A stretch of DNA of 64,000 bases from Convolutriloba macropyga (GCF_964194025.1 NC_134482.1:1178001-1242000), one strand, 5' to 3'. Numbered from the stretch's first letter, positions 28,005 to 38,228 are shown. Notes: generated by a model not told the origin, from the sequence alone. Program-made: numbers and translations.

Positions 28005-28290
28005 GGCCACTCGGATCCTAAAAAATCTTAGGCCTGTGAAACCTTTGACGGAATTCCAATTAATTACGAGAATTGAAAAGAAGAGTTTCAATCCTAGAGT
28101 CTCAAAACCCAAAATTTATCCTAAAGTGGGTGACGTGTGCAACTTTCAACATGACTATGAAATGGCGAGCTGCTTACAAGAAGTTGAGGTCCAAATTTCA
28201 AGGTTGATGAAGGCAAGAGTCATTCTGAATTTGACACAATCACAATTCAGTGAATATTTGGCCACAAACTACGGAGTTAGTCTTCAACAG
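28005..28290 (+). CDS. Divergent POU-class transcription factor, coding exon 2 (N-half of POU-specific domain)
   Basis: CTAAT branch-like site plus cttttttcag-type acceptor (28004); LQEVEVQISRLMKARVILNLTQSQFSEYLATNYGVSLQQ aligns with POU-S LEELEQFAK.FKQRRIKLGFTQ.DVG.AL..LYG..FSQ; phase-0 donor GTTAGG at 28291. Confidence 0.85.
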
Positions 28291-28647
28291 GTTAGGAATT
28301 TATTTGTGTTTCAAGAGTACTTTTCAATTCAGCTCTATTTGCCGGTGCGTTAGTGCGTTGGCGTCTCTTTGTCCAGGCTTCCATTAGAACCATAGTAAAA
28401 GTTGGGGTGCTCCCTTTGTATTTCATGGATTTATTGCTCGCGAACAAAGTTTGAAGCAGTTATTGCAGTCATTTTCAAATAATTGCTTGTATATTTTTTT
28501 TGCATATGATAACCTTTGTTTTTGACTACTGCGAGAATCGATACAAATATGCATATTGATAATGCAAACACACGTGAATTCTGACAGTAGTCAAAACCAA
28601 AAAGCTGCGAAGAAGGAAATGTCAATTAAAATTAAATTGGTTTTAAA

Positions 28648-28686
28648 GAAAGAACGTTTTCGAACATTGCATTCATCATCAGGTTT
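28648..28686 (-). ncRNA. Minimal hammerhead-ribozyme-like motif (Penelope-associated, degenerate)
   Basis: Minus strand reads AAAC-CUGAUGA-U-GAAU-GCAAU-GUUC-GAAA-ACG-UUC: core boxes, stem II and palindromic AACGUU stem III; sister copies at 30961-30996 (-) and 7668-7705 (+). Confidence 0.55.
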
Positions 28687-30960
28687 ACATCGTCAGGTTT
28701 ACATTAATAGGTTTAGTTTTCACAATCGAAAAAGTTTTACAAAGTATATAAACTTTTCACTGACTCTTTCTATCGAGTTCTACGAATTGAGTTAAAATAA
28801 CAACAAATTTTTGAAATTATTTACAGTTAAAATCACATTTAAAACTTTTCATTTACATTTAATACATAGAAAAATTTCAATTGAAAATCCCGGTTATTTT
28901 GTTTTCAACTCCTGAAAAGGAGCTTTTACTTTCATTCCTAACTCTTGTGTTCCTTAACTTGTTGGGGGTCGACAAAATTCTGAATTAACATGTATCGGCA
29001 TAAATTTTGAATTTCAAAAGTCAAATGTTTTTACATTTGAACTAATACTTCAATGTCAGTTCCCGCCCCAGTTTAAGTTGCGGGTTTTTAGTTGCTGTTT
29101 CGGCTTTTTGATTTGGATTGCTTCTATTGTCATTAGTTTTTCAACCCCGCGACATGCATCGAGAATGTCCCATTCAATAATATGCGCTCTACCACAACAT
29201 TCAACGAGATATTGTCCCACAGTGGAATCTTTTGATGTTTCAAAATTCTAGTGGTAACATGTCAGCTGGTTTGGCCGACATACATGAAATTGCATCCATT
29301 ACTTGTTACTTTATAAACCACATTCGATTTCATATTTTTGTTAAAAGATGATGTTATAGTGGGCAAGCAAGTTCTTATTTTTCTTGTTGTGAAAATGATT
29401 TAATATCACACATTTTTTTTTCAGTGTACTCGCAAACGTTTGAGTGATGATTCCTCTGTATTGCACAAAAAACTTTAGTTTAAGCTCCTTTATGTTGAGA
29501 CTTTTAACTGTTTTGAGATGGTTTTCATTTTTAGGGGGTTTTGCTGTAACCTTTTCATTTCTAACTATGTTACCCAACGTCTCGTTAACAATACTGGAAG
29601 ACCACTCAATTAGATTCTGATTTTCAGTCCCCAGATCTCCTGATTTTTCTTAGGGGCTCCACCAAAAGATTGGCGATCACTGGTTGCATTGAAAATCATA
29701 TGTACAGTCCTTTGAATCACAGTTTTCTTATGTTGTAACGTGCACAGCTACTGAAATTTAAGGTTATGCCAGTATAAGTAGATTTCTGATACCAATGACA
29801 GCTAATTTGTCTTTCATCGTTTACGTTTATGTTCAGATCTAGGAACGCCAGGTTTCCATCCGCGTTGGGTGTCTCGAGAGTGAATTTTAAGTTTGTGAAG
29901 CGAATTCGCATACTCAAGTACTTGAGGGTTCACTATAATAGTGAACACTATGTCGTCCACATACCTCTCGAATACTTTTAATTCATGTGTCATCCGTTGT
30001 ACTTTTTTCTGCACAACGGGAACAGATCCATACAATTTCAGTCATGTTTTTATAGTTCGTGTCAGTAATACCTTGGCTTTTTTTCATGAAACCAGTTTTA
30101 CATGATTCGCTCTCGACTCCTTTCCCTCGGAACCTAACAATTCGTTTACAATCAGTGCACATTCCCTTCATGTCAGGAATTTTGTTCTCCCTTCCCTCAT
30201 TTGGTCTCTGCAAGGATTTCTCAAAAGATTTCATCCACAAATTTGCCAGAATTACCGCCAGTGAAGCACCCATGGCTAAACCGTCAGATTGAGTGTAACA
30301 CATTTTTTTACACTTAATGTGAACATTCGTTGCGGCTACTCTCAAAAAGCTCTTCATAGCTGACCTCGGAATCTCAGGACCCTCGTCACTGGAGTACACT
30401 TCTTTAAGCGCAATTTCAATTTTCTCAACCGGTAATTTGGTGTACAAGATTTTAACATGGAGAGATACTGTTGGCTCATCTTCCTCCAGATTGGTAGCCT
30501 CTAAAGCGGCCGTGGTAGCATTTGAGATAGCTACCGGGTATTGACAGAAAGGGCCGAAGCCGAGTACCGTTTTTATATACTTTAGCAAGGCCATAAATCC
30601 TGGCCAGTTGCGATTCAGTTGTCCTGAGCGTGTGATAAATCTTTTTGCTTGTTTCCCTGTTTCATTAGTTGATGCAAACTGCTATTGATGTTTCAGTTTT
30701 TACGGCTAGGTTGGCGCTTTTTCCATTACGAGCCTCAAACTGACTGCATTAATGATTTTATTCAGTTTATCCGAGTATTGAACAGACTACCGCGTGATGG
30801 AGTCAGCTGGCTACTAAAATATGAATCATCTTGTCTGTAACCTTTAAGAAAATTGCTATTTTTTTCTTTCGCGCACTTTTAGGGCCCGTTGAAGATCGAA
30901 TTGACAATGGTTAAAGCTGCAGAGAAGGAATTGTCAATTAAAAATTGAATTGATTTTGAA

Positions 30961-30996
30961 AAACAAACGTTTTTGAACATTGCGTTCGTCAGGTTT
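30961..30996 (-). ncRNA. Degenerate minimal hammerhead-like motif in the second Penelope terminal repeat
   Basis: AAAC-CUGAC-GAAC-GCAAU-GUUC-AAAAACGUUU-GUUU; stem I (AAAC/GUUU) and stem II (GAAC/GUUC) intact, core mutated. Confidence 0.45.
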
Positions 30997-32477
30997 AAAA
31001 GTGATTTCACAATCGAATAAAATTTTTTACAAAGTATATAAACTTTTCATTGACCCTATCTACCGTATTCTACGAAATTAGATAAAATAAAAATTTTTTA
31101 CAGTTAAAATCACATTACAACAATATATTTACATTAATAAATCTTTTTACATAAATACATCAAAAAATTTTTCAAAGTTTTCCGGAATATTTGAAATTCC
31201 CGATTATTTTGTTTTCAATTCCTGAAAAGGAGTTTTTACTTTCATCTGTTGTTTTTCTTTACTTGTTGGGAAAAATCAAAAAGCTTCTCGCAGAGGTTGA
31301 AAGTGGATCATCATATGTGATAAATGTGAAAAAAGATTGACGCATGGTGATTATAGATTTTAAATTGAGAGTTGAAAACATAACTGTCAAGAATTTCTCT
31401 TGGAAAACTGACGATGGGGTAGCTTTGGTTGTAGCTAGCGTGAGCATAGCGAGGCCATCAATACATAGGTGGGGGAGTAGTTGAGTAGTTACAGGGGAGG
31501 GTGGTCAATGACTGCCGTAATTAAAAATTGTCCTTTACAACGCACCATGAAGTGCTGCTTTGCGCAGTAGCTCCGCTGAATCTTGCATTTAGGGCCTATT
31601 TTGACTATAAAATATCTGCTCAGAGACTGAACGTTTATCTCTTTTTCGACGAAAAGTCAAATCACTCAAGCGAGCGACGGAACATTGTAGAAAAAAAACG
31701 CCAATCAAAAATTTTGCAAAAAGATGCACAAGTTACAACTGCCTGAAACTTTGAGAGTAATAAAAAGTTTTACTTTAGTGTTCTGTCTCGTTTTGTTTTC
31801 ATGCATAGTTTTTTTGTTTTAGAAAGCCGCTTTTGTTCGCAACTTGAGCAATGTGACTTTTGAACAAAAAAGGGATAAACTGGTTAATCGCCAGGGAGTT
31901 CAGCATCTGTGTACCTGTCTGGGAGGCTTACTAGGCTCTAAGTGTGCGGTTCGCTAGAGCTAAAGAGCAAGCAGAACTTCAAGCTTTGAAGTGCAACTTT
32001 TAATTTGGTAGGTCCTATTAAGCTTGAGCTAGCATAGTTGCAACCAAAGTGAACTCCTCTCGAGGGCTATTCGATGGATGATTGTAGAATATCTTAAATC
32101 ACTATTTACACTTTAATCTTCTCATTTTCTCTCAAATGTTTTTTTTTCAAATATTTATTGCTATGATTATCTTTTCGTTACTACTGCGCCCGTTATGGAA
32201 GAAATAGAGATGAAGCGGTCAAGCCACGTCATTAAACAAAGTTTTGGGATTTCATTGGATGGATTGCAAAATAGTAACATTTCAAATCTCGCCAGCTATT
32301 TTGAAATTCTGATGGTTTAATTTGAATTGTTGTGTTTTTCAAGTCAGAAATCTGCGAAAATTTTAAAAGAAAGTAGTTTTTACTGTGAATTCTTGTTTTC
32401 CTTTTGTATCGTGCGTCTTCGGAAAATTTTATTTCGTTGCTCAGAAAGTGAGATTTTTTGAATACTTGAATAACTTT

Positions 32478-32890
32478 TAATTGCTCTTGAACGAAGTTCG
32501 TAGCAATTATTGTAAACGTGTGTGTCTTTTTGTTTTTATGCAAATTTTTCGCTTGACGATTTTGCTTTTTTCTTCTAGAACATTCTTTGACTTCTCAAGT
32601 GACTTTTTTACGCTTTTTTCCATCATTTGTGAGCGATCTCTATTGCTCTCACTCCGAAGTAAAGCTTGTTGCTAATATATAATCGGTTGCAATATAGTTA
32701 AAACAAGTGACTCATAGCGCAGTGGGTAGTGCGGGTGCCTAGGGATCGGAAGAGCAATGGTTCGGAATCCCGTTGGGCGCAAATTTTTTTTGCACCCAAA
32801 AAGAAAAATTGTTTAGGCTACAGCTCCTGAATGAAATTGCCTCGCCTGTCGTTCAAGAGCAATTCTTCCGACATTTGTCGATTTATGTTT
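32478..32890 (+). mobile_element. Non-autonomous Helentron-associated element (HINE/DINE-1-like)
   Basis: Perfect 16-bp subterminal inverted repeat AATTGCTCTTGAACGA (32479-32494) / TCGTTCAAGAGCAATT (32849-32864); 5' partial hairpin; 3' hairpin CGACA-TT-TGTCG followed by TTATGTTT; T-rich flanks, no TSD seen. Confidence 0.7.
32707..32791 (+). pseudogene. tRNA-derived / Pol III-type unit inside the HINE
   Basis: A box TAGCGCAGTGG, D-arm GCGC/GTGC, B-box-like GGTTCGGAATCCC, 3' TGGGCGC-A then T8; anticodon stem does not pair. Confidence 0.55.
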
Positions 32891-33104
32891 ATAAATAAAT
32901 GTTTCAATTAGCAGCATGATATAGTAGAAAGCCATTTTTGTCTACAAGAAATTGATACTTTAGAATACCTTTTTCGTGACCTCTTCACTAAAAGTTGCGC
33001 TTGATAGACTTTCACCCCTATTAGACGCTAACTGAAGATTTTGAAATCTGTTGGCGTTTTACAATAGGTTAGAGTAGTACATGGTTAACATCTCTGAAAC
33101 ATAA

Positions 33105-33450
33105 TTTGTAGCAATTGTATAAGTCCTGTGGTCTTTTTTAAATTCGTTTTTTCGCTTGATCGAAATTGCGTTCGACCCTTTTAAACATTTCGTCCCCAAA
33201 AAGGGATAAACAGGTAAAGCCCGTAGGGTTTTAGGTGGCTGAGCAGCTCTTTTAGAGCTGTGTGCCTTAATAGTTTAAGTATGCGATTCACTGAAACTGC
33301 TTGAGACAATTTCACGGCGTGAAGGGCGATTCTTAATCCTGAACCGCCTAATGCTGGTTTCCCTAAGCCCCAGCTGGCTACTATTGAAGCCAACGGCTCG
33401 CCGTCTGCATGAGAGGAATTATCGCGACGTTAGTGGATTATGTTTTGTTT
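33105..33450 (+). mobile_element. Degenerate HINE-like element
   Basis: 5' tttgtagcaattg...ttttcgcttga; 3' cctaagccccagctggcta..ctcgccg..gagaggaatt..ttatgtttt, similar to 35030-35325. Confidence 0.45.
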
Positions 33451-33522
33451 AATAGCCGCGCTCAGCAAGCTATTGCGCTTTTTTACAATTAAAGAATTTA
33501 AACTCCATTGGGACTTCATGAT

Positions 33523-33893
33523 TAATTGCTCTCGTATAGAAGCAATTGTAAACTTGTGTCTTTTTTATGCAAAACTTTCGCTTGACCGTTTTGAATTTTA
33601 CGCCCTTGACTATTGCTTTTCGCGTGATCTCAATCACAATTTCAAGCAGCTGAACTCAGTTGGCTTAATATAATACTAAAATTCAAATGAAAAGTGCCTC
33701 GAAACGGTGCCATTTTTCACTTTAAATCTTAATAGTGGTTTATGTTAAACTCTTTTGTGGTTTTTTGAAGCCCACTATTGAACTTCTTAGTCCCATTTAG
33801 GCTCCCCCTCCGACTGAAGCAGGCTGCAATTGATTAGACTTCCCACTAGTCGTTCGGGAGCAACTCCTCCGACGTTTAGTCGGTTATGTTTTT
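33523..33893 (+). mobile_element. HINE-like element
   Basis: 5' taattgctctcg..agcaattgtaaac; 3' tcgttcgggagcaa, hairpin ccgac-gttta-gtcgg, then ttatgtttttt. Confidence 0.6.
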
Positions 33894-33894
33894 T

Positions 33895-34215
33895 GAAGTC
33901 AAATTGGAGTGATGATTTTGGTCACGCCGAATCAGAGTGGAGTGAAAAGGCTAGTGGTATTGCGGCGTGAATTTGTTTCGCTCTAACTTCTAAGAGGAGT
34001 GAAAATTGGTGTTTGAACAAAAATTCGCTTTCTCACTAGTGGTTTTTTGTTCACCTGCGGCAGTTTCTTTGAATTTTATCGTTTCGTCAATTTTTCGATC
34101 GGATTGTCTTCTAAACGGTTTTCCCAATCAGATCATAGTCCATTCTAGGTCTAGTTTTTTGTTTGTTAAATGAAAATTCTTCCAATTGTAGGTCAGGACT
34201 CGTACTGCTATGTTC
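33895..34215 (+). repeat. Diverged solo copy of the repeat family that forms module C of the 40-54 kb array
   Basis: Shares gaagtcaaattggagt, tcacgccgaa, ggcgtgaa, ttcgctctaactt, ggtgtttgaacaaaaattcgctttctc, tcaggact..tgctatgtt with the array. Confidence 0.8.
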
Positions 34216-35029
34216 CTTAACTTCGTCGAATAAAATTTTGTTTCGCTTTACCTCGTTTGACGCTTTTCCGACGTGAAATCTTTATGACTTTTTCAGGCTT
34301 TTTCGTTCCTTGCTCATTCTGATCAAAGCACTTGCTAAAAAACGAAATCAAAAGTCGAAACGGGATAAACCCATGAAGCCCAAACAATTTTAGAAGCCCG
34401 CTACTTGAAGTTTGTTCTTTTAAGTTAAGTTACCCTCTCGTTATTGAGACTAACCCCTGTATCCTCTCAATAAGTAGCAGGAGTTTTTCTAACAAAAAAT
34501 GAGATCAAAATGGTTCACACTTTGTAAAAAATCCTTTCATCAATCAATTCTTTCCTTTTTCGGTTCTTTCAGTCCCAATCGGGATTTTATCAATGGCGGC
34601 TATTTCCGTTATCTGCCGCGTATGTTTATTTTGAGAATTCTTAAGTTTTCAAATTGAGTTATTTTGAGGTTTTGATTGATTTTAAATTGGTTTTGATAAC
34701 TCAAATCCTAAAGTTTTCTATTAAAGAGACGACCAGAGGGCATCGGAGGAAGTTTGTTGGGTCTTCTCGTCCGCAATTTTGTGTTTTTATTAATTTTTTT
34801 AATGAGAAAAAGCACTGGAGGCCTTATTATTTTTGGGCAGATAGCTTTTTTTTAGAGTTTTTTTGCCGAAGAACTATTAACTAATGAAAGACTTAATTAG
34901 CATTGTAGTCAAAGTTTAATCTGTTTTGATGTTTTTTGTGTTCAGTAACAGCTGGATACATTTAGTTTTGCCGTGATTTTGATTCGGTGTCATGCGTCCA
35001 GTTTTTGAGGAACGAGAATTTGAGTTTTA

Positions 35030-35325
35030 TTAATTGCTCTCAAAGGAAGTTTGTAGCAATTATATTAGTTATATGGTCTTTTTTATGCGATTTATTGCTT
35101 GACCGATTTTTGTCGGACTCTTTTGACTTTTCGTTTTCAAAAACGGGATACGCCCCCCTCGTCCAGCGCTCCCAAAACCTTACACCCACCCTATCACTTG
35201 ACGCCTCCCCCCGCACTCACATCACACTCACTTGATGCATCTCTAGGCCCCAGTTGGCTACAACCGATACCTACTGCTCGCCGGTCGTTTGAGAGTAATT
35301 CGACCGATATCGACTGTTTTTATTA
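35030..35325 (+). mobile_element. HINE-like element
   Basis: 5' taattgctctcaaagg..tagcaatt; 3' tcgtttgagagtaatt followed by a hairpin-like segment and T-run. Confidence 0.55.
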
Positions 35326-35799
35326 GTTTTCGTTTTTAGTGTGTAGATTGATAACGTTCAAGTCAGCGTTAACCACTAGCCAATTCTACAGTCAGCAGGA
35401 TATATTTTTGCCTTTCGTGTTGGTCTTTTTTGCAATTTGTAATACTTTTAGCAACATTCTCTCACTAGACGAGAAAGAATGTTTCTGTACTTATTGTTGA
35501 AAGAAGGATGGTTGACATTTGATGTGATCAAATCATTGTCGATTTAGTTTCCGCATCCTGAAGTAGCAAGGCGATTGCGGTTCATTCTATTACTATCAGT
35601 AAATAATTCTGACAGTAGTCATGTCTAAAAGGGAGTAGATTAAAAAAAATCGATGAGTTAACTAACGGATATTCAATTAACTTCAATTTGCTAAGAATGG
35701 TTTTGTTTTATCCGAATTTTTTCTCCTTCCTGTACCTTAAATTTATAATACAGACCTACCTTATAAAATTAGTGATTATAATTCAGATTTGCATTTTAG

Positions 35800-36231
35800 A
35801 ACGATATTTCAAAACTAGAGAAGAGAGACCTGAGTTTGAAAAAAGCACAGTCTCAATTGAAAATGCTAGGGCAGTTATTTCACGATCTGAAGGATACGGA
35901 CTGGAGCAGCATTGCGATAGAGCCAATTCCCGAATTAACAAGAAAACGAACTGTTTACCCGTCCCATTATTTGGAGCTTTTTAACGAGTTGTTTGAAATC
36001 AACGCTTACCCACACAGAATCGAATTGCATTTTCTTTCCCGGTTCGTTTTAACCGACCGCGAGAGACTACGTGAGTGGTTTTCGGCAAAACGTATGAAGA
36101 TGGGCAAGAAAAGCCGTTTGAACTTGAAGAAAGGCAACTTCGATTTATGGAAAGAAGCTGTTTACAAATGGGACAAAAAGTGGAACAAAATCGAGCCAAT
36201 CATCGAAGAAGTTTTAGAAGGAACAATTTAA
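35800..36231 (+). CDS. Divergent POU-class transcription factor, coding exon 3 (C-half of POU-S, linker, homeodomain)
   Basis: Acceptor gcattttag (35799), phase 0; NDISKLEKRDLSLKKAQSQLKML resembles POU6-type SAICRFEKLDITPKSAQKLKPVL; ungapped homeodomain 35935-36114 with R5, L13, F20, Y25, P26, L34, W48, F49, R53; AATAAA at 36582. Confidence 0.9.
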   Translation, partial: NDISKLEKRDLSLKKAQSQLKMLGQLFHDLKDTDWSSIAIEPIPELTRKRTVYPSHYLELFNELFEINAYPHRIELHFLSRFVLTDRERLREWFSAKRMKMGKKSRLNLKKGNFDLWKEAVYKWDKKWNKIEPIIEEVLEGTI

Positions 36232-36645
36232 CTCGTTCGTAACGAATTAGACGATAGGAGAAATAGTCTTGACTGCATCAATGTGCAGAAAAGTTTTACT
36301 CGTCAAACGAGTTTTGGCGATAGTTTGCGTTAAGATATGCAAGTGCGACTATTTTTGTGATTTGCGCATTTGTTCAATTTTCCAACAGCTTTAACTAGTG
36401 ACGTTTCCGTTGGAATCGTAAATAATTTCAGTTAAACAACTTCAGCATTCGAATCTAATGAAGATGTTGCTTTTACCGCAACGGCGCAACTTGACAAAAC
36501 TCTTTTACTTGTAGAAAAATTGTATTAAATTACCATAACTAATTATGCTAACTTTACCTTTCACGCTACGAAGAATTCAATAATAAAGCTATATGTACAA
36601 TTTGTTGATATTTACATTTTATCTAATTAGGGTTGTATGCATTTT

Positions 36646-36965
36646 TCAGGAGAGCGTTGGATTGTACGTAATTCCTGTTGGCAAGTAAATGACACTGTGG
36701 GTATTGCATCCTTGAATTGGGATTTTAGTCCACTGTGTTTTGCAAATGTCATTTGGTTTCTCGTCTTTCCTTATTTTCAAAGTGACATTTGTGATTGCTT
36801 TGAATCCGTAGTCGTCTCCGAGTTTGGTAATCGGAAAGCTATAATATTCGCCTGTGCATTCTGCGGACACGTTTTTTTGGTTAAATTGAATGTGATCGGC
36901 TCTTAGTTTGGCTTCGCTGTTGTATCTGCGAATGAGTTCCTTCGCAGCTTCTAAGTGATTGTTTT
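36646..36965 (-). CDS. Secreted Cys-containing protein A (unknown family), coding exon 2
   Basis: Acceptor tttttttcag, phase 1 matching exon 1; ENNHLEAAKELIRRY...SAECTGEYYSFPITKLGD...DICKTQWTKIPIQGCNTHSVIYLPTGITYNPTLS*; homologous to protein B. Confidence 0.85.
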
Positions 36966-36985
36966 CTGAAAAAAATACACGTTAA

Positions 36986-37144
36986 TAGTAATGTGCATAT
37001 GGGCTTACAGGGGCAGGGGAGGCCCTGTAAATTTTTGAATTTTTTAACAAATGATTGATTATACTGTGAATAAATTTTAGAAATTTTAGAAATTATACGT
37101 CTCCCCTCCCCTGGACCTGTAACCCGCCCATATACACATTACTG
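36986..37144. mobile_element. 159-bp MITE with TTAA target duplication
   Basis: TIRs tagtaatgtgcatatggg / cccatatacacattactg, flanked by TTAA on both sides (36982-36985, 37145-37148). Confidence 0.75.
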
Positions 37145-38228
37145 TTAATTACCGATTTAATTAAATCGAGTGGATGGTAATTGGTCCTTGCATTAAATTC
37201 TCGATTACTGCAACTCGGGTTTCACAAGGCTTAAAAACTTTTGATCGACATCGAAAGGAATGAGTTTCAGAAGAGTCAGAAAAAGACATTGCACACAAAT
37301 TATCAACAGGATTCAACCACAATATCTGCTGTTTTCTTCTGAGAGCATATGTAAATCGTGAAATTATCATCACGTTTAATGCATAGGTTTAAAAAATTAT
37401 TATGCAAAAGCTTTTAATTGATCAGTTTTAGCGCTTATTATGTTCTATTCAATTGGTTGTGATAAAATCATCTCTATAAAAATGCTAAAAGCTGATTATT
37501 TTAGAACTAAAATAAATTTGTTTTCAATGTATTGTTAATTAAAGTTATCAGAAAAAATCGAGATTAGTTGGAGATGTGGTGCAGTCTAATTACCATTGCT
37601 GTCTTAAAGATGGGCCTCGCTGAAATGAGGCAATGAAACACCCCACTGAAATGAGACTTTGAATTTGAGAATTTTTAAACCTGCTTAATTGAACTATTAC
37701 AAAAGAAATTATCTGAAAAGAAAGTAGTAGACATTTTTGGAATCCAGCTAATATTTTGTATGCAATGTTATTTTCAACTCTTTCGGAGTACTCATTCCTT
37801 TCGATGTCGATCAAATTTTTTTAAGCTTTGCTGGGCCCTAGTCGCAGTAATTGAGTATTTTGGGCTCGGACAGACCAAAAGGCTTAATTTGATTTAATTC
37901 ATAAGCACACAAACGTTGTCAATCTAACAAGCCTTTTTTGTCTGCGCGTCAATGGCATCAATTTTTTCTCAGACAACTAGCACACCTTAACAATTAACTG
38001 AGACAAAAATCAACACTGAAATTAAAATTTGGGATTATATGTTGAAACGTAACTAAGCAAGTGAGTTGAATTGATTTAACCAACAAGTGAATTGTTCAAG
38101 CAAATGAGATGTTTTGGCAACATGATTGGGTTAGAGCCGGCATCAACCTTTTGTGTGGCGATAGCCATTTTCCTAGCCCGATATTGAATGTTAGGTATGG
38201 TTTAGGCAATCAATTTATATTTACTCAC

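Larger units (their letters stand above)
28600..31270 (-). mobile_element. Penelope-like retroelement with direct terminal repeats, inside POU intron 2
   Basis: RT motifs LYTKLPV, QSDGLAMGASLAVILANLWM, FERYVDDI, LKFTLE..GNLAFLDL; GIY-YIG NVVYKVTSNGCNFMYVGQTS*HVTTRI (~29250-29330); ~360-bp direct repeats at 28601-28960 and 30914-31270. Confidence 0.9.

Noticed and set aside
28171-28290. Bacterial XRE/lambda-repressor HTH (contamination or HGT)
   Set aside because: The resemblance is expected because POU-S shares that fold; spliceosomal introns and the linked homeodomain indicate a native POU gene.
32707-32781. Functional tRNA gene
   Set aside because: The anticodon stem does not pair, the B box has an extra G and the acceptor stem is imperfect; kept only as tRNA-derived.
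37161-37373. Extra exon of secreted gene A
   Set aside because: Exons 1 and 2 already join in phase and align with paralog B without it.
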